Assembly: GCA_044226015.1 (NCBI GenBank)
Contig: JBGAHS010000001.1
Span: 192,001-256,000, forward strand
Direction of reading: 5' to 3'
Length of the DNA: 64,000 nucleotides
Source: Candidatus Obscuribacteraceae bacterium
Lineage (GTDB): Bacteria; Cyanobacteriota; Vampirovibrionia; Obscuribacterales; Obscuribacteraceae
This document shows, in pieces, positions 1 to 9,451 of the stretch. The position numbers and the translations under genes are program-made. Below the pieces are notes generated by a model that was not told the DNA's origin, did no database searches, and saw only the letters and a list, made by a program, of their open reading frames with translations. Every line of letters starts with the position of its first letter. Within the stretch, counting starts at the first letter, position 1.

Positions 1-1
1 C

Positions 2-262
2 CCTGTTCTAGTAGATTTTTGGGCTCCATGGTGCGGTCCTTGTAAGGCCGTTGCTCCTGTTGTAGAAGACCTTTCAAAGGAATACGACGGACGACTCAAA
101 GTAGTTAAGCTCAACACGGACGAAAACCCGAAGACAGCTCAGGCATACTCCATCAAGGGTATTCCAAGCTTGTTCTTGTTTAAAGCCGGTGTTGTAGTTG
201 AGCAAGTAGTTGGAGCTGTTCCAAAAGCAACTCTCGCTACAGCCGTCAACAAACATCTTTAA
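2..262 (+). CDS. trxA: Thioredoxin (5' end outside window)
   Basis: Manual translation of frame 2: [44 protein letters not shown]...GIPSL...NKHL*. Canonical WCGPC. Not in the ORF track because the start lies outside the window. Confidence 0.95.
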   Translation, partial: PVLVDFWAPWCGPCKAVAPVVEDLSKEYDGRLKVVKLNTDENPKTAQAYSIKGIPSLFLFKAGVVVEQVVGAVPKATLATAVNKHL

Positions 263-301
263 ATCGTAGTACTGCACGACAGTTAAAACGAGTTGGATGA
301 C

Positions 302-326
302 GCCCCGCTATGCGGGGCTGATTGCT
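302..326 (+). terminator. Probable intrinsic terminator after trxA
   Basis: GCCCCGC-TAT-GCGGGGC hairpin at 302-318 followed by a weak T-rich tail. Confidence 0.5.
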
Positions 327-486
327 TTGTTAAATTTTCTATTGCTGAACCCCGTGACCAAAGCGATTTGAGTCATAGGGTTTTGCCTGTATTACATCCG
401 GGAAACTTCTTGGGTTTTACTATGGACAATTGGATGCGATTCAGGGTATTTCTTGAATAGGTGAGAAACTTGGAGCAATCGCCAAC

Positions 487-981
487 GTGTTTAAAGAGCT
501 GCTTATTTCATTTCTAGTGTGCCTGGTGATAGGCGCTATCATCAATGGTGCGAATCTTACTCCTCCCGCACCTAGCACCACGACTGAGCCAGCTGCTGAG
601 CCGAGCGCGGTTGGGACTTCTCCTGAAGAGGAGAGCACCGAGACTTCCGCAGATAAGGCGCTCGACTCAAGTGATGCTAGCTTTGACCAAGATGTATTGA
701 AGTCAGAAGTGCCGGTGCTGGTGGACTTTGGCGCCAGCTGGTGTGTGCCTTGCAAGAATATGGCTCCGATCATTGACAAGCTCGCGAAAGACTACTCGGG
801 TCGGGTCAAGTTCGTGAAAATCGATGTGGAAAAGAATCCTGTCGTTCGCGACAAATATCAAATTCAGTCGCTTCCGACCTTTGTGGTGTTTCGTAGCGGG
901 CAGAAAATGAAAGCCTACAGCGGTCAAATGCCACAAGAAATGCTCGCCGGAGTCATCGACAGTCAGTTGGGCATTCAATAG
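487..981 (+). CDS. Thioredoxin with N-terminal membrane anchor/signal and acidic linker
   Basis: Hydrophobic N-terminus, Pro/Ser/Thr/Glu linker, then VPVLVDFGASWCVPC and the SLPT cis-Pro loop. Confidence 0.9.
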   Translation: MFKELLISFLVCLVIGAIINGANLTPPAPSTTTEPAAEPSAVGTSPEEESTETSADKALDSSDASFDQDVLKSEVPVLVDFGASWCVPCKNMAPIIDKLAKDYSGRVKFVKIDVEKNPVVRDKYQIQSLPTFVVFRSGQKMKAYSGQMPQEMLAGVIDSQLGIQ

Positions 982-1037
982 TTCGCCACTAAAGCATCAG
1001 AGTTCTGCTATTAGCCAGCTCCCGGGATGGGTTTTAT

Positions 1038-1130
1038 GGCTCGCTTCCAGGCGGGTTGTGTGGATCGGTGTCGGCGGATCGTGCGGCTCGCTTGCAGGTG
1101 GTTTGTGCGGCTCGAGTCCAGGCGGGTTAC
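1038..1130. repeat. Short degenerate tandem repeats (GGCTCG-N3/4-CAGGCGGGTT-like, about 3 copies)
   Basis: ggctcgcttccaggcgggttg, ggctcgcttgcaggtggtttg, ggctcgagtccaggcgggtta. Confidence 0.6.
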
Positions 1131-1482
1131 CGCTGTATGCTGGTATCGTTCAAGTAACTGGATTGACCCTGCCGCTGGCAGAGTTCTAGATGCGTTCAAT
1201 TGTCTGCTCAAAATTTGGAGAACGAATGCGTCTGTGACAAGTATCGGGACAAGAGCACACTAACCAGTGGACCTTTTATGGGCATTGTAAAGCGCTTTCA
1301 AGCGTGGGTGGAACATTGCTCTGGACGAGTCGTCAGCTCAAAAATCCGTTGGTAACTGGAACTGCCTATTGTTAGAGGGGTAAATACTAGGAAAGAAATG
1401 GCATTAATAGATGCGACTTTTCGTGAGTTTCAGTTAAAATATCCTTTAACGGCAGTCGAGCCGCTTTTTATGGACACGTGCG

Positions 1483-1767
1483 ATGAAAGAGTTTGCGATC
1501 TCTGTTTTCGTTATTCTGGTCTTGAGCTGTATTTTCAACAGCGTAGCTATGTGGATGGGTATTCTTCCTGAGATGCCTCCTTACCCATACGGCTCGACGA
1601 TTACTGACGTGAAATCGTCAGCACCTTCATTCGGATGCAAGCGCGATGATTTTTGCTATCCGGAGATGAATCTTACAAACGGAAAAAGGGCTACTAACTA
1701 CATAACGGATATTACCGAAACTGGAGATAGAAGCAGTGCCGAGTTTCCATTCGGTGCAAACAACTAG
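1483..1767 (+). CDS. Small membrane-anchored hypothetical protein
   Basis: 94 aa ORF with a hydrophobic N-terminus resembling that of the 487..981 thioredoxin; ends 21 nt before the FtsH-like gene. Confidence 0.6.
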   Translation: MKEFAISVFVILVLSCIFNSVAMWMGILPEMPPYPYGSTITDVKSSAPSFGCKRDDFCYPEMNLTNGKRATNYITDITETGDRSSAEFPFGANN

Positions 1768-1788
1768 TGTTTGAGGAGCTAGAACCAT

Positions 1789-4700
1789 ATGTTAAAGACC
1801 TGGGTTAAATGGACGATACTCACTATTTGGGTGCTTGTCCTACTCTTCACCGCTTCGATGTGGAACCCGTTCACATCATTCCAAGCGCTACTGAAGTACT
1901 CAGTTGTATCGGTAATTGCTAGTGCCATATTTGGTGCCCTGGTCATTTTGATTCAGTGGTACTTATTGCTGGCAATCATATTTCCGCTGCCACCGCGAGC
2001 CGATTCTAAGGCTCCTAAGGGGTTTTGGAAGAGCGCGATGCCGTGGATGTTCAAAGATCCACCCATCAATCCTAAAGCTCCTAAAACACTCAGCGAACTT
2101 GTTGGCAATGACCAGGCAAAAATCGAGATACGTGAAGTTATCGATATGCTGGCAGTGCCAGATAGATACACCGCATCTGGTGCCGAAGTTCCGAAAGGAA
2201 TGTTATTTGTCGGACCACCCGGTGTTGGTAAAACACTCTTCGCAAGAGCGATTGCCAATGAGGTTGGCGTTCCTTTCTATGTGGTAGAAGGTTCCTCTCT
2301 AAGCGGCTTGATCATGGGCTTGGGTGTGCTTAAGATGAAGACCCTGTTCTCCAAACTTCGCAAACATGAGAAAGCAATTCTTTTTATCGATGAAATCGAC
2401 TCAATCGGCAATGCTCGCGGGCAAGACCGCGGCGGCGGCGGAATCGCTGACATGAATATGACTTTGAATACATTGCTCACTGAGATGGATGGATTCAAAG
2501 CAAGCAATTGCATGATCATTGGTGCTACCAACAATGACGCTACACTCGACCCCGCCTTGATGCGAGCTGGTCGTATGGACCGCAAAATATACTTCCAACT
2601 TCCAACTCCGGAAGAGAGAGTTGAAATCCTCAAATACTATTTGAAGAAGGTGAAAGTAGCTAGCGAAAGTATTGACTTCGAAGAAATGGCGAAGATGACC
2701 ACAAACTTTTCGCCCGCAGAAATTGCAATTCTGGTTAACGAAGCTGCTTTGATCGGACAGCGTCCTAATGGACCGGGACATGTCGATATGGCAACACTTG
2801 AGCAGGCTCTTGATCGCGTTCAGTTTGGTGCTAGCCGAACTCTCGTTGGTTCTGGCATTGAAGTGGGCACTACAGATTCACGAGTCAGGCTTAGTGACGT
2901 AATGGGAATTGATGACGTTAAGAAGGACATCGAAGAAGTCGTCGATTTCTTGAAGCATGGTGACGAACTGCGCAAGATTGGCGCCAAGATTCCAAAAGGC
3001 ATCATGCTGATTGGTCCACCAGGTGTTGGTAAGACTATGTTGGCTAAAGCGATGGCCAATGAGGCGAACGTTCAGTTCTTTGGACTCTCTGCAAGTTATT
3101 TCGTTAGCGCTTTCGCTGGAGAGGGTGCAGCGAGGCTTCGGGCCTTGTACGCGCAGGCACGCAAGAGCCCAGCAGCCATCATCTTTATTGACGAGATTGA
3201 CGCTATTTCAGGTACCGTTGACGAGACTGGCTCGCACAGAACAAGTACATTGAACCAGTTGTTAATTGAGCTTGACGGGATTTCGCGAAGCAACGTTATA
3301 ACAATTGGTGCAACCAACAATGAGACGAGCTTGGACCCTGCATTTTTGCGATCTGGAAGATTTGACCGCAAATGCTACGTTGGTTTGCCAGACGCGGAAG
3401 CTCGAAAGAAGATCATTGAGAAATACCTCAAAGATATTAAGATTCAAGCTGAGCCAGATTTGCAAAAGCTTGCTCAGCTTTGCGCGAATTTCTCTGGTGC
3501 TGACATCGCAGCTGCAGTTAACGAAGCCGCTATTGCCGCTGTGAGAGCAGGAAAGACTCATGTCGAGGAGTCAGATCTCGAAGCCGCTATCGAACGTGTT
3601 TCAGTGACCGCTGGACACAAGATGAACACCTATGGAATGAATCTGGCTAGAGTTCCTGATCTCGGAGTCAAGCTTGACGATATAAAAGGTATGGATGAGG
3701 CCAAGGCAGAAGCCACTGAGGTTGTGCTGATGCTGAAACACGCCGATAAGATTCGAGAAGCTGGATTGAAGTATCCGAAAGGTGTTCTGCTAGTTGGGGC
3801 ACCTGGAACAGGGAAAACGATGCTTGCCAAAGCTATCGCTAACGAGGCTGGCGTTCCGTTTTATGCGCTTAGTGGTGGCGATTTCCAGTCTATGTGGGCT
3901 GGTGTTGGTGCCAATCGAGTGCGAACTATTTATGAGCAGGCTCGTCGTAGCGGAAAGCCTGCGATTGTCTTTATTGACGAAATCGATGCGATTGGCGGAC
4001 AGCGAGGACGTGATCTGGGTGGTGGTGCTATTCAGGATTCCAACAAAACTTTGAATCAGTTTCTTGTGGAGTTGGATGGTTTCGGAAAACACAAGGTGCT
4101 TACAATTGGGGCTACCAATCACGCTTCTATGCTAGACCCCGCCTTGCTCAGACCGGGAAGGTTCGATCGAAGAATAGATGTTCCTCTTCCGAATCTTGAA
4201 GGGCGTGAGGCAATTATCAAGCATTACCTAAAGGCGATGAAGGTCACAGAAAAAGTAAGTGCCCTTGAGATAGCACGCATGACTACTTGGATGTCTGGTG
4301 CAGAACTTGCATCAATCGTAAATGAAGCAGGACTGATTGCTATTCGAAATGGACGTGAAACTATAAATCCTATCGATTTGATCCAAGCCATTCAGCGCCA
4401 GAGCTTCGGAATGTCTTATAGCCGACAGGTGATCATTGAAGAACTAAGGGCGACTGCTCTGCATGAAGCTGGTCACGCAATCATTGCCTACTACAGAAAT
4501 CAACGCCAGCGTATCCAAGTTCTAACAATCGTACCTAGTGGTGGCGCATTAGGTTACTTGTGGAGAGTGGATAAGGAAGAGCGTCATAGCAAATTCAAGA
4601 AGGACTACCTGATTGATATTGAAATCGGGCTAGGCGGCATGATTGCTGAGCGAATGTTCTACGGCGAAAACACTTCGGGGGTTATGAGTGATCTTGAGAA

Positions 4701-5181
4701 AGTAGGAATGATCGCTCGAAGAATGGTCACCTCATTTGGTATGGGGGCGTTTAACCATAACGTTGATAGTGCTTTTGCTGACAGTCCTTTCACGGGGTCA
4801 ATTCATGTTCCTATTAAGCCTTCTGATGAGAGTCTGCGAGAAGTGGAAATGCAGGTCAATCAAATAGTTGAAGCCTGCAGAGCTAATACTGAGCGTTTGC
4901 TTCAGTCTAAGCGCCGTGAGCTCGAATTAATTGCCGACGCGCTCTTGGAAAAGGAAACCCTCTATTACATGGATGTCGTCAACATTCTTGAACCAGAGCG
5001 TTCAGAAGTCGACATAATCAAGGAAATCGAAGCACTGTCTGAGCGCAAGCTTGTGGGTGCTTCTCCAGCGCTCGGCTTACATGGCTTCCTTGGAATTGGA
5101 ACCGGCTCCGGCTCCGGAAACGGTAATGGTGCTTCCGGAACTGTATCGAACCAAGATCGCGATGAGGACCAACAAGTCTAA
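1789..5181 (+). CDS. FtsH-like membrane-anchored zinc metalloprotease (M41) with three tandem AAA+ ATPase modules
   Basis: Two N-terminal TM segments; three Walker A motifs (GPPGVGKT, GPPGVGKT, GAPGTGKT); three FIDEID Walker B motifs; three LDPA..R.GR.DR second regions of homology; HEAGH; RBS GAGGAG upstream. Confidence 0.93.
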   Translation: MLKTWVKWTILTIWVLVLLFTASMWNPFTSFQALLKYSVVSVIASAIFGALVILIQWYLLLAIIFPLPPRADSKAPKGFWKSAMPWMFKDPPINPKAPKTLSELVGNDQAKIEIREVIDMLAVPDRYTASGAEVPKGMLFVGPPGVGKTLFARAIANEVGVPFYVVEGSSLSGLIMGLGVLKMKTLFSKLRKHEKAILFIDEIDSIGNARGQDRGGGGIADMNMTLNTLLTEMDGFKASNCMIIGATNNDATLDPALMRAGRMDRKIYFQLPTPEERVEILKYYLKKVKVASESIDFEEMAKMTTNFSPAEIAILVNEAALIGQRPNGPGHVDMATLEQALDRVQFGASRTLVGSGIEVGTTDSRVRLSDVMGIDDVKKDIEEVVDFLKHGDELRKIGAKIPKGIMLIGPPGVGKTMLAKAMANEANVQFFGLSASYFVSAFAGEGAARLRALYAQARKSPAAIIFIDEIDAISGTVDETGSHRTSTLNQLLIELDGISRSNVITIGATNNETSLDPAFLRSGRFDRKCYVGLPDAEARKKIIEKYLKDIKIQAEPDLQKLAQLCANFSGADIAAAVNEAAIAAVRAGKTHVEESDLEAAIERVSVTAGHKMNTYGMNLARVPDLGVKLDDIKGMDEAKAEATEVVLMLKHADKIREAGLKYPKGVLLVGAPGTGKTMLAKAIANEAGVPFYALSGGDFQSMWAGVGANRVRTIYEQARRSGKPAIVFIDEIDAIGGQRGRDLGGGAIQDSNKTLNQFLVELDGFGKHKVLTIGATNHASMLDPALLRPGRFDRRIDVPLPNLEGREAIIKHYLKAMKVTEKVSALEIARMTTWMSGAELASIVNEAGLIAIRNGRETINPIDLIQAIQRQSFGMSYSRQVIIEELRATALHEAGHAIIAYYRNQRQRIQVLTIVPSGGALGYLWRVDKEERHSKFKKDYLIDIEIGLGGMIAERMFYGENTSGVMSDLEKVGMIARRMVTSFGMGAFNHNVDSAFADSPFTGSIHVPIKPSDESLREVEMQVNQIVEACRANTERLLQSKRRELELIADALLEKETLYYMDVVNILEPERSEVDIIKEIEALSERKLVGASPALGLHGFLGIGTGSGSGNGNGASGTVSNQDRDEDQQV

Positions 5182-5224
5182 GCCGTCTTGCGCTAAGCAA
5201 TTAACACAACAAGAAAGCCCTGCA

Positions 5225-6214
5225 CTAGTAAACAAAGGTGTGGGGCTTTCCATCTTTGCCGATGTAGCCACGAAACATTCCCGGAGAGTTGAAAGGCATT
5301 GCAAAATTTCCTTTCTTGTCGAGGCAAATGAGACCACCCTCTCCGTGGTCTGGTGCGGAGAGTACACCATGAATTATCGAATCAGCTGCCTTCTGTAAGG
5401 GAACGTGCCCGTATTTGACGCGAGCAGCCAGGTCACTCGCGACGTTATACCTGATAAACCATTCTCCGTGACCAGTACAAGATACTGCGCAGCTGCTGTT
5501 GTCGGCAAATGTACCAGCACCAATAACTGGGCTGTCACCGACCCGTCCCCATTTCTTGTTGCTCAACCCGCCTGTAGATGTGCCCGCGGCGAGGTTGCCG
5601 CTTTTATCGAGAACGACAGCTCCAACTGTTCCGAGTCTGTGATCATGCGGCAAAGCCGATTTTTTTTGCGGCTGGGGATGTAATTTCTCTTGCAACTCAT
5701 CCCAACGTTTTTTAGTCCAGAAGTATTTTTGGTCTACGATCTCAAGCTTTTGCTCGCGAGCAAATTCATCAGCGCCAGCGCCGACTAGCATCACATGTGG
5801 TGACTTACGCATGACTGCGATGGCAGCACTTATTGGATTCTTGATGACGGTTGTTCCTGCTACTGAACCTGCTTCTCTCGTTTTGCCATCCATTATCGCG
5901 GCATCTAGTTCGTTTTTTTCGGCGTGGCTAAACACAGCTCCTTTTCCAGCATTGAATAAAGGGCAATCTTCCAGGCTTTTCACCGCGACCTCAACTACAT
6001 TGACTGCTTCGCTGCCTTTCTTCCATTCTTCATATGCAGCTACTAGCGCCGCTTCTAATCCTTTGTGATAGGCTTCCTGATCATTCTTGCTCATTCCCGG
6101 GTCTACCCCAGCACCACCGTGAATCACAATGACTGGAGAATCTGCAGCTCTTGCAGAACCAAATGCTGCAAGGCTGATGAGCGATGATAATAGAATTGCG
6201 GATACAAATTTCAC
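5225..6214 (-). CDS. iaaA: Isoaspartyl peptidase/L-asparaginase (Ntn hydrolase), probably exported
   Basis: IHGGAG, FNAGKGAV, GTVGAV autocleavage motif, GRVGDSP, TGHGE. Likely GTG start at 6214 gives a signal-peptide-like N-terminus. Confidence 0.92.
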   Translation of the reverse strand: MKFVSAILLSSLISLAAFGSARAADSPVIVIHGGAGVDPGMSKNDQEAYHKGLEAALVAAYEEWKKGSEAVNVVEVAVKSLEDCPLFNAGKGAVFSHAEKNELDAAIMDGKTREAGSVAGTTVIKNPISAAIAVMRKSPHVMLVGAGADEFAREQKLEIVDQKYFWTKKRWDELQEKLHPQPQKKSALPHDHRLGTVGAVVLDKSGNLAAGTSTGGLSNKKWGRVGDSPVIGAGTFADNSSCAVSCTGHGEWFIRYNVASDLAARVKYGHVPLQKAADSIIHGVLSAPDHGEGGLICLDKKGNFAMPFNSPGMFRGYIGKDGKPHTFVY

Positions 6215-6536
6215 GGCTGCACCTGGATAATGATTAACGCTGAGCACAAACAACTTGTGCCGGAATCGAGTCAATGCAGCATATCAACACTCACTGCAAC
6301 AGGCTTTAAAGTTCCTTTAGAACTGGTTTACGGCTACTAAGTTTCTGGTCGGAGGTTTGTGATTTCTTCTGAGCAGAATCTAAATGTGCTTTTGCAAGTT
6401 CAACTTTGCAGATTCTCTATACTCATTTCCACTTGAACATGGAGCCCATTCCTGCGGATCCGGTTGAGCCTGCTACCAGTAAGTATGGGGATCACCTTGA
6501 ACATGGAGAGTAAGAATTCAAAAGGAAAAGGGAGTA

Positions 6537-9041
6537 CTATTTCGTTTTAAGATCTGGTTTGTTCAGTTCGTAACTGTCGGTAATTTGTTTGAGTTCATCG
6601 AATCTCTTCTCATGTTCCAGAAATTCGGCACAAATTCTTATTGGATCTTTGGACAAAACGAACTTGCTAGAAGCGGCCTTGTATCTTTTCAGCAAATCGG
6701 TGAAGACGAAGTCTGCAACTGCCATTCTTTGTTTCTTGCACAATGCCGTTGCAAGTTCGGATTCCTCGGAAATAAACGAAGGCGTATTTGGGCATAGCTT
6801 CAGGTCTTGCTTATTCAAGAATGTTTTGAGTTCGGTTTCGAGTGCGCTTAGCTCGTTTTTCCTTCTAGCTCCCTTATACATAGAGACAACCGCAAGGCGC
6901 ATTTTTAAGTAAGAAAGCATCGCCGATGGCTTTTCAATGGATTTTAGCGCTGCTTGTTTTAACTCAACCAGAGCGGCTTCTGTTTCTTTAATTTTGCCCA
7001 TGCCTGACAAGTTTCCGCACTTATATTCAAGTAATTTGAAACGCTGGTCTGCATTTGCAATTCCTATAGATAGTGCTTCTTCTACAGAGTCCTCACTTTT
7101 CCTGTATTCGCCCATGGAGTAGTAAATGGCTACCAGATTTTTCAATGCATTAAAATATGGCTTTTGATCAGCCATGTCTCGAGCTTTTTCTTTTGTCAAC
7201 TTCAAAATCATTACAGCTGTATCTTTCTCTCCACCCATTTCAAAGTCATCGGCGGCTTCAATGCAGGCATACTGTTGCTCAGTTTTACTCAGGCTATGCT
7301 CAGTAAGAACCTGGCGAAAGCGATCTATGTATGATCTGTTCTTTCTGTTATAGAGTTGCGCTTCTAATCGAAATAGTCGTGGGAGTATAGACGATTCTTT
7401 AACTGTTCGAAATTCACTTGTTCTCAGTGCCAGCATTGATTTCAACAATTGTTGTTCTTCTTTATAACGCTGAGCAGTGTCTAGCGCGTTCATAAGGGAA
7501 AGTCCTGTTTCGTAGGTCTCATCGGCGCTCGGTCTCTGTTTAGTCTGAATCTTCCACAGTTTTGAAAGGGTTTCTATTTCTGCATTCGTGTCCTCAAGTC
7601 GATGTTGAATTTCGGCTATGATTTTTCCATACTTCAAGAATTTGCGCTCATCGTCATTGCTCAAGTTTCTATAAATGCTTTCGGCTTCTTTGAATTCCTG
7701 CGTGTTCTTATCAGAAGTTTTGTGCGCAATATCCTGTTGTATGATGCCGATATTGTATAAATAGAGTGCTCGAGCCTTCAAATCTTGCTCATTGCTAAGC
7801 AATTTTCTCAGCAATGCGAGTTTCTCTTTGTTTGGCTTGTCTTTTAGCCGTTCGTCTTTGATCTTATAGAAAAAAGTAGTCGCAGTCGGAGCTGATTTTC
7901 GTTTGATTTCCTCTGCATTTTGTCTCTGGGATTCATTGAAAAAAAATAGCGAGGCAATGATTCCAATTAGCGCGAGGCTGCTTGCTGCAATTGCCATCAG
8001 CTTAGAAGCTCTAGCTTTCTTGGTTTGCTCCGTGGGTTTAAGGTCCGCGAGACTCAAATTTTCGAGTTCTGCTTTTATTTCGTTCATGCTTGCAGGTCTG
8101 CTGGTAGGCTCTTTCTGCATGCAACGAAGTATCAATGATTCTAATTTCAGGGGCGCATAAGGTACTGATTCTTTGGATTCGTTAGCATGTTTTGCAATAA
8201 GCGCGAACTGGTTCTCAGCTTGAAATGGTAGTTCGCCGCTGATTGCGTGATACATCAAGCAGCCGAAGGAATAGATTTCGGATGAGGGTGCTAAGGGCTG
8301 GCTCTTGCATTGCTCAGGGCTTATGTAGGGTAAGCTGCCGATGATATTGCCTGTTTTCGTAAGCCCTTGTGACTCATCAGCCTGTCGCACCAGACCGAAG
8401 TCAATCAGTTTGCATGATCGACTCTCTTGGGGGGTTGTATCGCTTCCGTCTGCGCCACCTGCTGCAGCACCAGCTATCATGATATTGCCTGGTTTCAAAT
8501 CTCGATGCAGTATATTTCGTGCGTGCAGGTATGCCATTGCGTCTGCGACTTGAATGAAGAGTTGGCATGCCTGTTGTGCTTGAATGCGAGAGTGCTTTTG
8601 TATGAGTTCTTCTAGTGAGTTACCGTCAATCAGCTCCATTGCGATGTATGGAAGTCCGTCTTTGGTAAATCCCGAACCGTAAATCTTAGCTATATGCGGG
8701 TGATCGATCTGACTCAGCGTTTTCATCTCTAATTCGAATCGTTTCAAATGGGTTGCATCCACAAAGCGATCGCCGTGGAGAACTTTGAGTGCAACCAGAT
8801 TCTCAAGTAAAGTATGCCGTGCTTTGTATACTGTGGCAGTGGCTCCTGAAGCCAGTTTTTCTATTATCTCATAGCGTTGATCGGCGTCCTCCGGAAGCGC
8901 TGCTTGCTTGCTTTCGGGAGAGGTATTCTGAGTGCTCGCGAAGACTTCATTTTCGGTTGCGGAAGTCTTATCTTGGCTGCTTACGCTGGAAGCGCCTTCA
9001 ATTTCGCGAGAATTTTCTTTATTGCTCTCGTGTGTTTCCAA
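6537..9041 (-). CDS. Hanks-type Ser/Thr protein kinase with TM helix and helical (TPR-like) C-terminal region
   Basis: VALK, HRDLKPGN, DFG, YISPE; a hydrophobic segment after the kinase domain; long helical tail. Confidence 0.92.
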   Translation of the reverse strand: METHESNKENSREIEGASSVSSQDKTSATENEVFASTQNTSPESKQAALPEDADQRYEIIEKLASGATATVYKARHTLLENLVALKVLHGDRFVDATHLKRFELEMKTLSQIDHPHIAKIYGSGFTKDGLPYIAMELIDGNSLEELIQKHSRIQAQQACQLFIQVADAMAYLHARNILHRDLKPGNIMIAGAAAGGADGSDTTPQESRSCKLIDFGLVRQADESQGLTKTGNIIGSLPYISPEQCKSQPLAPSSEIYSFGCLMYHAISGELPFQAENQFALIAKHANESKESVPYAPLKLESLILRCMQKEPTSRPASMNEIKAELENLSLADLKPTEQTKKARASKLMAIAASSLALIGIIASLFFFNESQRQNAEEIKRKSAPTATTFFYKIKDERLKDKPNKEKLALLRKLLSNEQDLKARALYLYNIGIIQQDIAHKTSDKNTQEFKEAESIYRNLSNDDERKFLKYGKIIAEIQHRLEDTNAEIETLSKLWKIQTKQRPSADETYETGLSLMNALDTAQRYKEEQQLLKSMLALRTSEFRTVKESSILPRLFRLEAQLYNRKNRSYIDRFRQVLTEHSLSKTEQQYACIEAADDFEMGGEKDTAVMILKLTKEKARDMADQKPYFNALKNLVAIYYSMGEYRKSEDSVEEALSIGIANADQRFKLLEYKCGNLSGMGKIKETEAALVELKQAALKSIEKPSAMLSYLKMRLAVVSMYKGARRKNELSALETELKTFLNKQDLKLCPNTPSFISEESELATALCKKQRMAVADFVFTDLLKRYKAASSKFVLSKDPIRICAEFLEHEKRFDELKQITDSYELNKPDLKTK

Positions 9042-9451
9042 CTCGACTCCGGCATTCGATTCATTAGATGGTATACCAGAAGCTAGCGGAACATAAACGG
9101 TGATTGTGGCGCAAGAGCTCTACAGCATGGTCGTTTTTTTTATTGCCATTATTTGTCTGAGGGTCCGTATTCGCAGATTTTGGGATTAGCCAGCCTCACC
9201 GATTAGGAAAGTTCGATTTAGCAGCGCTGAGCCTTTTGAGAAGCTGATATGCATCTTTCGTCGGCGAGCATTCGCGCGGAAAATGTGACACAGGCGAGTG
9301 GCGGAAAGGTATAGTCGATTGGAAAATGTGTGATTATGAGTGCGTTAGCAGCGTCTTTAGAGACGATTTGTCGGAAGCTGTAACTAGCCATGAGTACTAG
9401 GACCTGCTGCGATGATGCCCAAGATCTGCGATTATGATCACGAGCTGCGTT

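Noticed and set aside
645..656. TTCCGCAGATAA match to the 20011 repeat unit
   Set aside because: A single 12-nt match is plausible by chance in 64 kb.
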